Of a DNA stretch of 64,000 nt, positions 41,632 through 55,676 are shown in pieces. The notes below the pieces were generated by a model that saw only the letters and a list, made by a program, of their open reading frames with translations, made no database searches and was not told where the DNA came from. Origin of the DNA: Eledone cirrhosa (taxonomy: Eukaryota); the NCBI GenBank assembly GCA_964016885.1, contig OZ024748.1:8680001-8744000 (forward strand). The letters are read 5' to 3'. How positions within the stretch are numbered: the first letter of the stretch is position 1; every line of letters begins with the position of its first letter. A program made the translations under genes and the position numbers.

Positions 41632-41728
41632 GGAAGAGAGAGAGAGAGAGGCATATATATATATATATATATATATATGCCTCTCTCTCTCTCTCTTCCT
41701 ATATATATATATATATATTTCTCTCTCC

Positions 41729-41783
<55 letters not shown>

Positions 41784-41841
41784 TCTCTCTCTCTCTCCCT
41801 ATATATATATATTTCTCTCTCTCTCTCTCTCCCTCTCCCTC

Positions 41842-41872
<31 letters not shown>

Positions 41873-41997
41873 CCCTCTCCCCCTCTCTCTCTCTCTCTGT
41901 ATATATATATTATCGTTAAGTGGTAGGTATTGTTTCTCTGGACATTCACCTGCGCACTCACATGATCATATATATGATCTCTTTAATTATATGTATG

Positions 41998-42033
<36 letters not shown>

Positions 42034-42035
<2 letters not shown>

Positions 42036-42222
42036 AAAAAGTATGACTCCGACGGCAGAGCTCAAGCCGTTTGGACGGCTATTTCTGGACGAAATAGCCG
42101 TCGAAACGGCTTGAGCTCTGCCGTCGGGGGTCATACTTTTTCCTATTTCCCACTCTACTACCCTAAGTATTGAGTACTCTGGTGCGTTATGGTCCACCTG
42201 GTTCCTTACCACAATTCCTTTG

Positions 42223-42223
<1 letters not shown>
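42034..42223 (+). mobile_element. Palindromic (TA)n-flanked element (110-bp hairpin + 80-bp tail)
   Basis: Hairpin 42034-42143 centred on gacggctatttc-tggac-gaaatagccgtc; near-identical copy at 58290-58480. Confidence 0.9.
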
Positions 42224-42287
<64 letters not shown>

Positions 42288-42323
42288 CATATATATATAT
42301 CATATATATATATATATATATAT

Positions 42324-42354
<31 letters not shown>

Positions 42355-42421
42355 CATATATATATATATATATATCATATATATATATATATATATATAT
42401 CATATATATATATATATATAT

Positions 42422-42458
<37 letters not shown>

Positions 42459-42470
42459 TATATATATATA

Positions 42471-42505
<35 letters not shown>

Positions 42506-42546
42506 TATATATATTTATATATATATATATATATCATATATATATT

Positions 42547-42585
<39 letters not shown>

Positions 42586-42778
42586 CATATATATATTTAT
42601 ATATATATATATCATATATATATTTATATATATATATATATATATATCATATATATATTTATATATATATATATATATATCATATATATATTTATATATA
42701 TATATATATATCATATATATATTTATATATATATATATATATATATCATATATATATTTATATATATATGATATATAT

Positions 42779-42811
<33 letters not shown>

Positions 42812-43066
42812 ATATCATATATATATATATATATATCATATATACATATACCCCTCCACACACATATTAAATAGTTTTAGCCAAATTCTTTGCATCTGTA
42901 ATGTGCATGTCAGATGGGGAGAGAGAGAGAGCTGTATAACGTGTATTCGGGTAAGTTAGGTAGAAAGAACACCCGTCAACTTCTCTCTTGGTGTATATTT
43001 GTATACGTAAAATATCTCATTTCACACAAATCTATATTTCACCGACACCAAGTACCAATGTATTAT

Positions 43067-43252
43067 ATAATTGTTTCTACTTTTGGCACAAGGCCAGTAA
43101 TTACCCAGTGCATTACTGGTACTTTATTTTATCGACCCCGTAAGGATGAAAGGCAAAGTTAACCTCGGCGAGATTTGAACTCAGAATGGCAAGGGCCGTA
43201 ACTATGCGTCAAAGCATGGCGTCCGACTCTCTACCGATACTGCCAATCCCCC
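43067..43252 (-). mobile_element. Nin-DC-like tRNA SINE copy
   Basis: Reverse complement match to 1844. Confidence 0.9.
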
Positions 43253-43869
43253 TTGAAGTCGAACTAAGATTTAGAAGATATAAAGATCAACGGAGTATCT
43301 CCCCCACGAATGTCTCCCTGAATCATCTACCAGTTTCTGCCGTCCCTTTCTTAATATCAGGATACAAGTCCTACCCATGCTAGCGTAGAAAATTGACATT
43401 AAATGAAGATGATGAAGAAAAAACCTTTAATGATAGAATGTGAAGGGCGTCCAAAAGCTGTAACATTTCCACCACTTCCACCGACAATTTAAACACCCAA
43501 AACAGCATCTCGTACTCTATTTCACAAATACGTACTATATCTCCAGATAGAGATTTAAAAAGTCTCCATTTAGTCTTGGATGTCTATAGATTTGTACATG
43601 GGAATTTTTGTCTAAGGTAGAAGCATGGACAATTCACGCTTGCATGCAAATCTGTCCCGTTCACTGGCACCACCTGACTATAGACATATACTAAACAAAA
43701 TAAAATGCCTACAAGCACCTTCTGGTCCTTCCTAAGCACCATAAAACGCTTTTACTTCCTTAATTTCTTTACTCCGTCGCCCATATATAATATTGTATCA
43801 ACGAGTTATAGGTTACTGGAGAAGGAACAAACAAGACACACATAGAGAACATAATTCAAAGAGAGAGAA

Positions 43870-44190
43870 AATGGCGAAGATGTCAGGAAACTAGAAGAGA
43901 ATTCAATTGGTGAGATGTGTGAGGGAAGAAACTATCAGAATAGTATTTGCGATTGTATTTAGGAACTTCAACTGTTAATGTACGAGACCTAGACGGCAAT
44001 CTAGTTGCAGTTTGTGAAGATGGAAGGTGAAGTGTTTGCAAAAACTAGTATTTTTGTCTGTGGACTCTTAAAATATGGTGGTGTGTGCTGTGTTATTGGA
44101 CAAATGGAATCGGAATCTTAATCCCAATTTGGTTTGCTGGTAAAGACGTTATTGATGATAGGAGGGGCTGTGATAGAATTGTTTCATTCT
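43870..44190 (-). mobile_element. Very old LINE 3' end (CR1/L2/Jockey-like)
   Basis: Minus frame TVEVPKYNRKYYSDSFFPHTSHQLNSL resembles the SFFPRTxxLWNSLP terminal motif. Confidence 0.4.
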
Positions 44191-44369
44191 TTAAGCTATA
44201 GCTGTAAGGTAATTTACGTTAGAATACAAAGGTGACAACCATGCCACAACCATGGACTCTTTCGCCCTTTCTTCCGAGGAGATCTCTGGCTTCTGTTCCA
44301 CAGTCCCTGCCATCCTTACAATACCGATTTCTCTGTTGCTATAGCCACTGTAAACTACAATAGAGTAAC

Positions 44370-44590
44370 GGGCAAATTGCTCAGGTAGAATCGGTAAAGA
44401 GCCGGACACCATGCTTAGCGGCATAGCTACGACCCTTTACGTTCCGATTTTTTCAAATCCCGCCGAACTTAACTTTGCCTTTCATCCATACGGGGTGGAT
44501 AAAATAAATACCAGTCACACACTGGGGTCGATCTAATCGACTTTCCCCTCCCCCAAAACGTTGGCCTTGTGCCTAAATTAGAAACCATTA
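44370..44590 (+). mobile_element. Nin-DC-like SINE, long-tail subfamily
   Basis: Core plus extra ggggtcgatctaatcgactttcccctccc segment. Confidence 0.85.
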
Positions 44591-44779
44591 GTGGATTGGC
44601 AATATCGGTAGAGGGTCGGACGCCATGCTTTGCAGCAAAGAGTTACGGCCCTTTATGGTCTGAGTTCAAATCCCGCCGAGGTTAACTTTGCCTTTCATCC
44701 TTACAAGGTCGATAAAATAAAGTACCAGTAATGCACTGGGATAATTGTCGGCCTTGTGCCAAAAGTAGAAATAATTATT
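44591..44779 (+). mobile_element. Nin-DC-like SINE, short-tail subfamily, abutting the previous copy
   Basis: Starts gtggattggc immediately after the tail agaaaccatta. Confidence 0.9.
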
Positions 44780-45022
44780 TCCTAACTCCCGTTAGAGTTC
44801 AAACCACGGCGGGAAATACTTTGTTTTCCAAACTTCTCTGGTCAATAATATATATTGACATTCATGTAGTTGTATTAAAGGAATCGACTTTGTCTTACTT
44901 TCTAGAAAGTCTTGTGAATTTCTCAGTAATGTATTTATGTAAATCATGTGAAAGGTAGCCGGAGGTGGTGAGATGGTTTCACTTGCAACGATGACCACAC
45001 TGTCGTCACATTTCACCATCTT

Positions 45023-45081
<59 letters not shown>

Positions 45082-45359
45082 CTTTCTCTCTCACTCTCTC
45101 TCTAGCAGACACACGCACGCACACATACATATATGTTCCAATTCCACAGCCACAAGCGTGCACACACACACACGCACACACACACACACACACCCAATCC
45201 TAATCCCTGGCACACAAACAAACGCCTCATACACACACATACACATACTAATCCCATACACACACTAACCCCCCCCCCACATTCACAATTGTACCAATAC
45301 CTCTACGGGTTATTGCCGCTACGTGACATTAACTTACAACCTACCTGACTATATAGAAT

Positions 45360-46290
45360 ACACACTCACCTAACACATATATACACATACACACACATAT
45401 ACACATACACACACACACATATACACATACATAGACTACATAGACAACACACTCACCTAACACATATATACACATACACACACACACATATACACATACA
45501 CACACACACATATACACATACATAGACTACATAGACAACACACTCACCTAACACATATATACACATACACACACACACATATACACATACACACACACAC
45601 ATATACACATACATAGACTACATAGACAACACACTCACCTAACACATATATACACATACACACACACACATATACACATACACACACACACATATACACA
45701 TACATAGACTACATAGACAACACACTCACCTAACACATATAGATATATACACATGCACATACATACACACACACATACATATACACATACATAGACTACA
45801 TAGACAACACACTCACCTAACACATATACATATATACACACACATACACACACACATACATACACACACATACATATACACATACATAGACTACATAGAC
45901 AACACACTCACCTAACACATATACATATATACACACACATACACACACACATACATACACACACACACATATACACATACATAGACTACATAGACAACAC
46001 ACTCACCTAACACATATAGATATATACACATGCACATACATACACACACACATACATATACACATACATAGACTACATAGACAACACACTCACCTAACAC
46101 ATATACATATATACACATACATACATACACACATACATACACACACACACATACATACACACATACATAGACTACATAGACAACACACTCACCTAACACA
46201 TATACATATATACACATACATACATTCACCCCCACACACATACATATATATAGACTACATAGACATACACATGTACACATTCACCTAAGA
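45360..46290. repeat. CA-rich minisatellite, ~75-95-bp unit anchored by tagactacatagacaacacactcacctaa
   Basis: About 10 copies with variable (CA)/(TA) spacers. Confidence 0.95.
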
Positions 46291-46601
46291 TATACATACA
46301 CACACATACATACACAGACGCACATACACACACATAGATCGACTACATAGACAACACACGTATACACACACACACCTAAAATATACATACACACACATTC
46401 AGATACATAAAAACACACATAAATACACATACATACACAAACACACCTACATACACACACACACACATACACCCCCACCCCCCCACACACACACCTACAT
46501 ATACACACACCTACACACTCTGCAGTACAATAACTCCCTAATATATTAGATTGGTCACACTACATATAACACTGACAGACATCATAGCAGTGTGTGTATG
46601 T

Positions 46602-46659
<58 letters not shown>

Positions 46660-46663
<4 letters not shown>

Positions 46664-47098
46664 AAGGAAGTGTATGTGTGTGTGTATGTATGTGTATCTG
46701 TGTGTGTGTGGCAAGGAAGTGTGTCTGTGTCCGTGCAAGGAAGTGTGTCTGTGTGTGCAAGGAAATGTGTGTGTGTGCAAGGAAGTGTGTGTATGTATGT
46801 ATGTGTATCTGTGTGTGTGTGGCAAGGAAGTGTGTGTGTGTGTGCAAGGAAGTGTGTGTGTGTGCAAGGAAGTGTGTCCGTGCAAGGAAGTGTGTGTGTG
46901 TGTGTGTGCAAGGAAGTGTGTGTGTGTGTGTGTGTGTGTGTGCAAGGAAGTGTGTGTGTGTCCGTGCAAGGAAGTGTGTGTGTGTCCGTGCAAGGAAGTG
47001 TGTGTGTGTGTGTGTGTGTGTCCGTGCAAGGAAGTGTGTGTGTGTCCGTGCAAGGAAGTGTGTGTGTGTGTGTGTGTGTGTCCGTGCAAGCAAGTGTG
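46660..47098. repeat. (TG)n satellite punctuated by gcaaggaag
   Basis: More than a dozen recurrences. Confidence 0.95.
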
Positions 47099-47366
47099 TA
47101 CAGGCCTCCTCAGATGCATCACATACAACGCTATCTTCAACATCTTCCAAGTGTACACACAACATACACACAATCGCAAGCACACACACCCACCCACACA
47201 CACTGACACACACAACAAACACTCGTACACAACTGCGCGTACACACACACAAAATAAACAAACACTCACACACATGTTCACACATCACAGCCACATATAT
47301 ACATACACACAACTCACACACATACAGCCATATAGCCAACCACATATAGATATATTCATATATGAG

Positions 47367-47931
47367 ATAATTGTTTCTACTTTTGGCACAAGGCCAGCAA
47401 TTATATCAGTGCATTACTGGTACTTTATTTTATCGACCCCGTAAGGATGAAAGGCAAAAATAAACCTCGGCGGGATTTGAACTCAGAATGCCAAGGGCCG
47501 TAACTCTATGCGTCAAAGCATGACGTCCGACACTCTACCGATACTGCATAAATAATATAATTGTTTCTACTTTTGGCACAAGGCCAGCAATAACCCAGTG
47601 TATTACTGGTACTTTATTTTATCGACCCCGTAAGGATGAAAGGCAAAAATAAACCTCGGCGGGATTTGAACTCAGAATGCCAAGGGCCGTAACTCTATGC
47701 GTCAAAGCATGGCGTCCGACACTCTACCGATACTGCATAAATAATATAATTGTTTCTACTTTTGGCACAAGGCCAGCAATAACCCAGTGTATTACTGGTA
47801 CTTTATTTTATCGACCCCGTAAGGATGAAAGGCAAAAATAAACCTCGGCGGGATTTGAACTCAGAATGCCAAGGGCCGTAACTCTATGCGTCAAAGCATG
47901 GCGTCCGACCCTCTACCGATACTGCCAATCC
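47367..47931 (-). mobile_element. Head-to-tail trimer of the Nin-DC-like SINE
   Basis: Units start 47367, 47557, 47746; identical junction gatactgcataaataatataattg; shared private variant ggcaaaaataaacctc. Confidence 0.95.
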
Positions 47932-47974
47932 AGAGATCGAGATCGTGTAGGTAACACAGTAAAAAGTTCCCAGT

Positions 47975-48152
47975 TCCACACTGTAAATGTGGTTGGTGTT
48001 AGGAAGGGCATCCAGCCGTAGAAAACCTGCCAGACAGTCCTATATGAGCGAGACACAGTCACCCGACCAACCTTGCCTCAAATTGGGACAACTCCCGTCT
48101 AACCCATGCTAGCGTGGAAGATGGACGTTAAACGATGATGTTGATGATGATG
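47975..48152 (+). mobile_element. SINE 3' tail (ggttggtgttaggaagggcatccagccgtagaaa ... cccatgctagcgtggaa ... (GAT)n)
   Basis: Tail also seen at 43371-43417; recalled octopus repeat. Confidence 0.65.
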
Positions 48153-48154
48153 AT

Positions 48155-48801
48155 ATAAATATTCACACAGCCACACATATACAGCCATATAGCCAACCAC
48201 ATATATATATATATACATATATAAATATTCACACATACACCCATATACCCAACCACACATATATATATATAGATATATATATACATATATAAATATTCAC
48301 ACATACAACCATATACCCAACCACACATATATATATATAGATATATATATATACATATATAAATATTCACACATACAACCATATACCCAACCACACATAT
48401 ATATATATAGATATATATACATATATAAATATTCACACATACACCCATATACCCAACCACACATATATAGATATATATATATATACATATATAAATATTC
48501 ACACATACAACCATATACCCAACCACATATATATATATAGAGATATATATATACATATATAAATATTCACACATACAACCATATACCCAACCACATATAT
48601 ATATATATAGATATATATATACATATATAAATATTCACACATACACCCATATACCCAACCACACATATATATATATATAGATATATATACATATATAAAT
48701 ATTCACACATACAACCATATACCCAACCACATATATATATATATAGATATATATATACATATATAAATATTCACACATACAGCCATATACCAAACCACAT
48801 A

Positions 48802-48851
<50 letters not shown>

Positions 48852-48930
48852 TTCACACAACTCACACACATACAGCCAAATAGCCAACCATATATATATA
48901 CATATATAAATATTCATACAGCCACACACA
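48155..48930. repeat. Minisatellite, ~60-bp unit (ataaatattcacacataca.ccatatacccaaccac(at)n)
   Basis: About 11 tandem copies. Confidence 0.95.
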
Positions 48931-49140
48931 GTGCTAGGATGTCGTCTGCTGAAAGCCTTATATTACGTTTATTAATTGCACTATACCTTTACAGTCTCTA
49001 AGTAGTGTTACCACCATGAATTATTTATATAACTGGATATATATTTTTAATGTTATTTATAATGTACAAGTAATTTCGGAAGTACATATATTAGAAAAAG
49101 GTACACACACACCCGAGTAAACACAATATACATATATTAC

Positions 49141-49183
<43 letters not shown>

Positions 49184-49286
49184 CTGTGCGTGTGTGTTCG
49201 AATGTAACTAATATGTACTTGGGTGTGCATATGTCTTTATATACATGTATAAATAAATATGTATAAATATATATGCGCGCACACAC

Positions 49287-49383
<97 letters not shown>

Positions 49384-49406
49384 CGTACGCATATGCACAT
49401 ATATAC

Positions 49407-49446
<40 letters not shown>

Positions 49447-49893
49447 GTGCATACATATATACGTATATATATATATATATATATATATACGTGCATACAT
49501 ATATACGTACACACATATATACATACACTCATGAACACACACATACATACACTCATTAATACACACATACATACACAGACAAATACATACATACACACAT
49601 ACATACATATATACGTATATTGAATTCATTAAAATGGAAAATTAACCAGTAAGACGTGTCGTAGCCTGAGTAATGGAATGGAATTTGGAAAAGCCGAGAA
49701 ATGAAGCAACTAGGAATGAAATTTAAAATTACTACAGCAGGCTACACTGCTGTTGAGTATTATAATAGATAATTATGTTCACATCCGCACAAAACCATAA
49801 CAGAAATCAGTGCATTCTATCCTTTTACAGCAGCTATCTATCTATCTCTTTATCTATGTCTGTGTATGTCTGTGTATGTAAGTGTAGTATGTA

Positions 49894-49949
49894 TGTGTAG
49901 TATGTATGTGTGTATATACGTATTCAGCTATGTATCAATATTTGTATGC

Positions 49950-50003
<54 letters not shown>

Positions 50004-50068
50004 TAAAATAACAGATTAAAGTTTAAGCAAAGAATCGCTGCTTTCACCCTTAATGGGATCTTCTGAAA

Positions 50069-50134
<66 letters not shown>

Positions 50135-50200
50135 ACGTGTGTATGTGTAGTATGTATGTGTGTATATACGTATTCAGCTATGTATCATATATTTGTATGC

Positions 50201-50250
<50 letters not shown>

Positions 50251-50311
50251 TAAAATAACAGATTAAAGTTTAAGCAAAGAATCGTTGCTTTCACCCTTAA
50301 TGGGATCTTCT

Positions 50312-50399
<88 letters not shown>

Positions 50400-50464
50400 A
50401 CGTGTGTATGTGTAGTATGTATGTGTGTATATACGTATTCAGCTATGTATCAATATTTGTATGC

Positions 50465-50516
<52 letters not shown>

Positions 50517-50592
50517 TAAAATAACAGATTAAAGTTTAAGCAAAGAATCGCTGCTTTCACTCTTAATGGGATCTTCTGAAACTCTCTCTCTC

Positions 50593-50623
<31 letters not shown>

Positions 50624-50660
50624 GTATGTATATATATATGTGTGTGTGTGTACGTGTGTG
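49894..50660. repeat. Tandem triplication, ~250-bp unit
   Basis: Unique cores at 49999-50069, 50246-50316, 50512-50582, separated by variable microsatellites. Confidence 0.95.
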
Positions 50661-51148
50661 TGTGTGAGTATGCCTATACCTATATGTATACATATATATA
50701 TTCGTATGCGTGCATGCATGTATGTATGTATTGACGTCTATGTGAATGTATGTGTGTATGTATGTATATATATGTTTATGTATGCATATGTATTTAAGTA
50801 TGTATGAATATATACACGTATGTGTGAATGGATGTATAAGAATGTGGGTTTATTAACACCCACACACACACACTTATTGGGCTATTAAATTAAACATGGC
50901 CTGGGCCCACACAGGTCGAAACCTATCAAAGTTATATGTGCGTATATATATATTGGTTTATCCTATAACTTCAGTAATTTGTGAGTTACTGGATGTGGTA
51001 CTATTATAGTATTCAATACTAAGGCTGTGTGTATATGTTAAGTATAAAAACTCGTGGGTTGTAGACTACCCTCAATTATATATCCACTCTGTATCATACC
51101 ATGAATCGAGTACTTCTTTGATTCCAGTAACCGCAGATTATGTATCTG

Positions 51149-51183
<35 letters not shown>

Positions 51184-51189
51184 CTGTGT

Positions 51190-51483
51190 GAATGGGCCTT
51201 CACTCTACATCAGACTATAGGTGAGGAAGATGAAAGACCAAGGGAGCACCCCTTCTCTGTGCTCCTGAGGAGAAGGGTTGCACACTTTTTTCGGGGGTGT
51301 GTGCGACCCCCCAAGGCGCCTCCTCTCTATTGAGGATTTTGTTAAAAATTTTATTTTTTGTTATATCTTATTTTATTTTTATATTTTGTTATTGCCTCCT
51401 CCTTATTGAGGACGCCTTTTTGTGTAAACTCCCCCCTTTGTACTTGTCCCACTTTTGATGCCCTAGTGGCAAATAAAAGAAAT
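51190..51483 (+). mobile_element. Probable retroelement 3' end inserted in a (TATC)n tract
   Basis: Ends aataaaagaaat; (tcta)n on both sides; internal hairpins ggagcac/gtgctcc and gggttgcacac/gtgtgcgaccc. Confidence 0.45.
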
Positions 51484-51484
51484 A

Positions 51485-51531
<47 letters not shown>

Positions 51532-51670
51532 ATCTATCATTTCCTGATGATTTATTCCGAATGAAACAGTTCTAGTCCTGTAGAAGCCATTTCTATATTA
51601 AATATTTATACTCTGCTATATATTGAGTACCCTACTTACAGTGGTTACCTTCCTGTTCCTATAACCATGC

Positions 51671-51720
51671 CCATTCCGAGCTGAGGATCCGCTAAGGTGA
51701 AACAATTGTTCTCGGTATGG
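51671..51720 (+). ncRNA. Type I hammerhead ribozyme motif
   Basis: Stem I ccattccgag/ctcggtatgg (9 of 10 pairs); CTGAGGA; stem II tcc-gctaa-ggt; GAAAC-aatt-GTT; predicted cut after 51710. Confidence 0.75.
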
Positions 51721-51743
51721 TAAACTAACTGTTGTGTAACCAC

Positions 51744-51799
<56 letters not shown>

Positions 51800-51800
<1 letters not shown>

Positions 51801-53470
51801 CAAAGTGTCCTAAAAGGAGTGTCGACACCAAATTGCATTCCATCTAGCTCATTTCTCGAGGGACTCCCTATATCTCTGAAAATTTCTGTCCCATTTTGTC
51901 GTCCCGGTTTTCAATAAATCGAAACAAGTCCCTGGCATTGAATTACAGTTCGACCCCATTCCTTTTTCGTATCGAATCAACAATCTGCTGAACTCCAACA
52001 AGCAAGGGTTCAGTGATCGCAGGGACTGCCTAACACAGCTTCTGCATAAGACTGTATTGAAGAAGGGGATAATAGTCCAGGCGATGTTCAAGAAGCAACA
52101 TCAAAGAGGAAGAACGAACCAGAATGAAAAAAAAACATTTCATAGCATCTTCTCCAAATACGGATTCAGCGGTTATTTGAACGAGTGTAATCTCAACCAA
52201 GCCCTCCAAGTTAAGCAGCACAATGAAGCCAAACATTTAAACGTATCAGATGGACTCGAGAATATTATTAAGAAGTTATATAAGTATTCTATCATTCATT
52301 GGGCAAATCATCCAAATCAAAACACATAACACAGTAAATTCTTTCCGGATATGGAGGGAGAGAAATCTAGAAATGAGACAAAATAGGGATGAAAACAAAC
52401 TTTGTAAGAAGAGACATTCTGAGAAACAGAATATTAATAAATGCAGAGTTAAATGAAATGAAAAAGAATGTTGAAAAATATTTGAAAATATTAATTTGAG
52501 AAAGACAGGAAAATGAATAAATGACAGGAGAGAAACCACAAAACCTATTGACGAAGTTGTCACCAGAAGACATTTTACATCAACATTGAATGTATGAGAA
52601 ATACAAGAGAGCAGGATCAAACTGAGCTGAAACAGATTGACAATATGGATAAGGATATTGTTACTCATGAGCTTGAAGATCGGATAGAAGAAACAGCACA
52701 CGAATTTCTCAATAAACTGGAGAAAAAAAACCCCGAAAAGAACAAGAATGAAATACAAGAAATGGGCATCAGGCTGTTGAAACCTGATTTATCAAAGTTG
52801 AAGAGGTTCTTTATACACCAATGACAGAAAGGAAATGTGTTAAGGAAAAAGCGAAAAGGATACAACACTCACAAAAAAAACATCCATTGATGGAATATCG
52901 ATCTTGGATGAAATATATGCTGGGAAATATATCAATTCGAAAAAAGGAAGGAAAGTGATTAAGAAATACGAAGTAACTTCAAACTATGATCTTCCATCAA
53001 TCAAAGAAACTCTAAAACAGAAAATACATCTGAAAGCTCAAGAATCAGAAGGCTGGAAAGCGAAACAACTACAGACAAAATAATCTGTTAATGTCAGATA
53101 TAAAAAGGTTTTACAGAGTAATTGAGACACATACAATTCAAGTAAAGTTACCTCCTTCAATTCATGAGATTGAAGAATTTTGGAAAATAGTATAGAGTAC
53201 AGAAAAATCTATACTAAAGAAAGCCAACAAATGGAAATCTCTTGGTGTTGCTTGCCAAACAGCTACCCATGATATTATATATTAGTAAATTGTTATAACG
53301 AAATTATGCATAACTCTGAAAAAAACCTCTGATTGATTTGTACAAGGTATAACATATCTCTTGCCAAAATTGACAGAAACAAATATTCCGAAATATATGG
53401 TCCCACCATTTGTCTTCTCACATCATACAATATTCTCATCTCAATCTTGACTGAGACAACCTATAAATTT
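51800..53470 (+). mobile_element. Decayed R4/Dong-like non-LTR retrotransposon
   Basis: Broken frames give LPSIKETLKQKIHLKAQ / RIRR / YRQNNL..DIKRFYR..PPSIHEIEEFWK and the RT-proximal YGPTICLLTSYNILISILTE (YRPITCL motif); followed by (AAT)n. Confidence 0.7.
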
Positions 53471-53514
53471 ATTACTAACAATAATAATAATAATAATAAC
53501 AGTGATGATGATGA

Positions 53515-53718
53515 TTTCTGAGCCAGACACAAGGCCAACAATTTTGAGGAGGGGGAAATTGATTAAATCAACCCCAGTACGTTACTGGTACTTTATTTCA
53601 TCGACCCTGAAAAGATGAAAGGTAAAGCTAACCTTGCCAGGATTTGACTTCAGAACATAAAGCACCGTAACTTTATGCCACAAAGCATGTTGTCCGACGC
53701 TCTACCGATATTGCCAAT
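53515..53718 (-). mobile_element. Nin-DC-like SINE, long-tail subfamily, diverged
   Basis: Reverse complement of core and head. Confidence 0.8.
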
Positions 53719-54207
53719 GTGTTACTTAGGGTGCTTTACAGAGGGTGTTTGCTATGGAAACAACAGTAACAGTTATAAAACTAAGTTAAACAACTTTAAT
53801 CTCGAAAATAACAAGAGAAAGAATCACCAACAGTAAGAATATTAAGAACAACGAAAAGAACAAAAACATTGCATATGACAACAAAAACAAAATAAAATGA
53901 AAACAACAACAAAAACCAGATGATGATGATAATAAAAATAACAGTTACAACAACAACAACAACAACAACAACGGTAATAATAATGGTAATAATAATAATA
54001 TTATATAATCGGAAGAAGAAAGCGAAGCAACAATGAAATGTCAGATCTGTGTTCTTAGAGGTATATTTGCTAAAAATACTTCTGTCATTCTTCCGTTGGA
54101 AAGTGAGGGAAAAAATAACTGATAACATTAGATAATGTATGTAAATATAGCGTTAAATATGGTGGCGGCGGTGGTGGTGGTAGTGGTGATTCTTATGGTG
54201 ACGGTGG

Positions 54208-54254
<47 letters not shown>

Positions 54255-54356
54255 TTTATGGTGTTGATGATGATGGTGTTGGTGATGATGGTGTTTATGG
54301 TGATGATGATGATGGTGTTGGTGATGGTGGTGATGATGATGATGATTGTGATGATG

Positions 54357-54388
<32 letters not shown>

Positions 54389-54511
54389 GATGATGGTGAA
54401 TGATGATGATGGTGAATGATGATGATGATGATTAAAAGATGATGATGATGATTTATGTTCATTGTAAACTCATCATTATCATCCTCATTATCATCATCAT
54501 CATCGTCAACG

Positions 54512-54542
<31 letters not shown>

Positions 54543-54703
54543 GGTTACGGTATCAAGCAATAGAAATGCGATTTTTTTTTCTTTTTATAGAATTTATTCC
54601 TTTGCTTATTTTTTCTACATCTGACTCTTCACAAATTGAGTTTCTGAACACCACACGATTTAAACGGTGTAAATAAGTTCACAGTTGGCCGTATCATGCC
54701 AAG

Positions 54704-54752
<49 letters not shown>

Positions 54753-54864
54753 GATATATCTGTATATATATATATGTGTGTGTGTGTATATATATACACA
54801 TATATGAATATATATATATATATATATCTGTATATATATATACATATATCTGTATTTATACATA

Positions 54865-54919
<55 letters not shown>

Positions 54920-54962
54920 ATATATATATACATATAGCTGTATATATATATATACACATATA

Positions 54963-55012
<50 letters not shown>

Positions 55013-55042
55013 GGTGCATATATATATATACACATATATCTA

Positions 55043-55095
<53 letters not shown>

Positions 55096-55218
55096 TGCTG
55101 TATATATATATATATATATGTGTATATATATAGCTGTATATATATATATATACATATTGCTGTATATATATATATATATATGTGTATATATATAGCTGTA
55201 TATATATATACACATATA

Positions 55219-55318
<100 letters not shown>

Positions 55319-55351
55319 TCTGTATATATATATATATATATATATATACAT

Positions 55352-55392
<41 letters not shown>

Positions 55393-55571
55393 TCTGTATA
55401 TATATATATATATATTTATAATTTTATATATACGTGTATGTAGTTATATATATATGTTTATTTATATACATGTATCTAAATATGTAAATAATATATATAT
55501 ATGTATATATATATATGTGTGTGTATATACATATATATTGTGTATTTGTACATGCATACATCCATACACAA

Positions 55572-55676
<105 letters not shown>

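Noticed and set aside
45360-46290. Constant repeat with variable spacers, superficially CRISPR-like (also 46660-47098 and 31243-31626)
   Set aside because: Spacers are microsatellite length variants, not unique sequence; eukaryotic context and no cas genes.
51265-51325. CTGAGGA followed by a hairpin as a possible hammerhead
   Set aside because: No GAAA or stem III after the hairpin.
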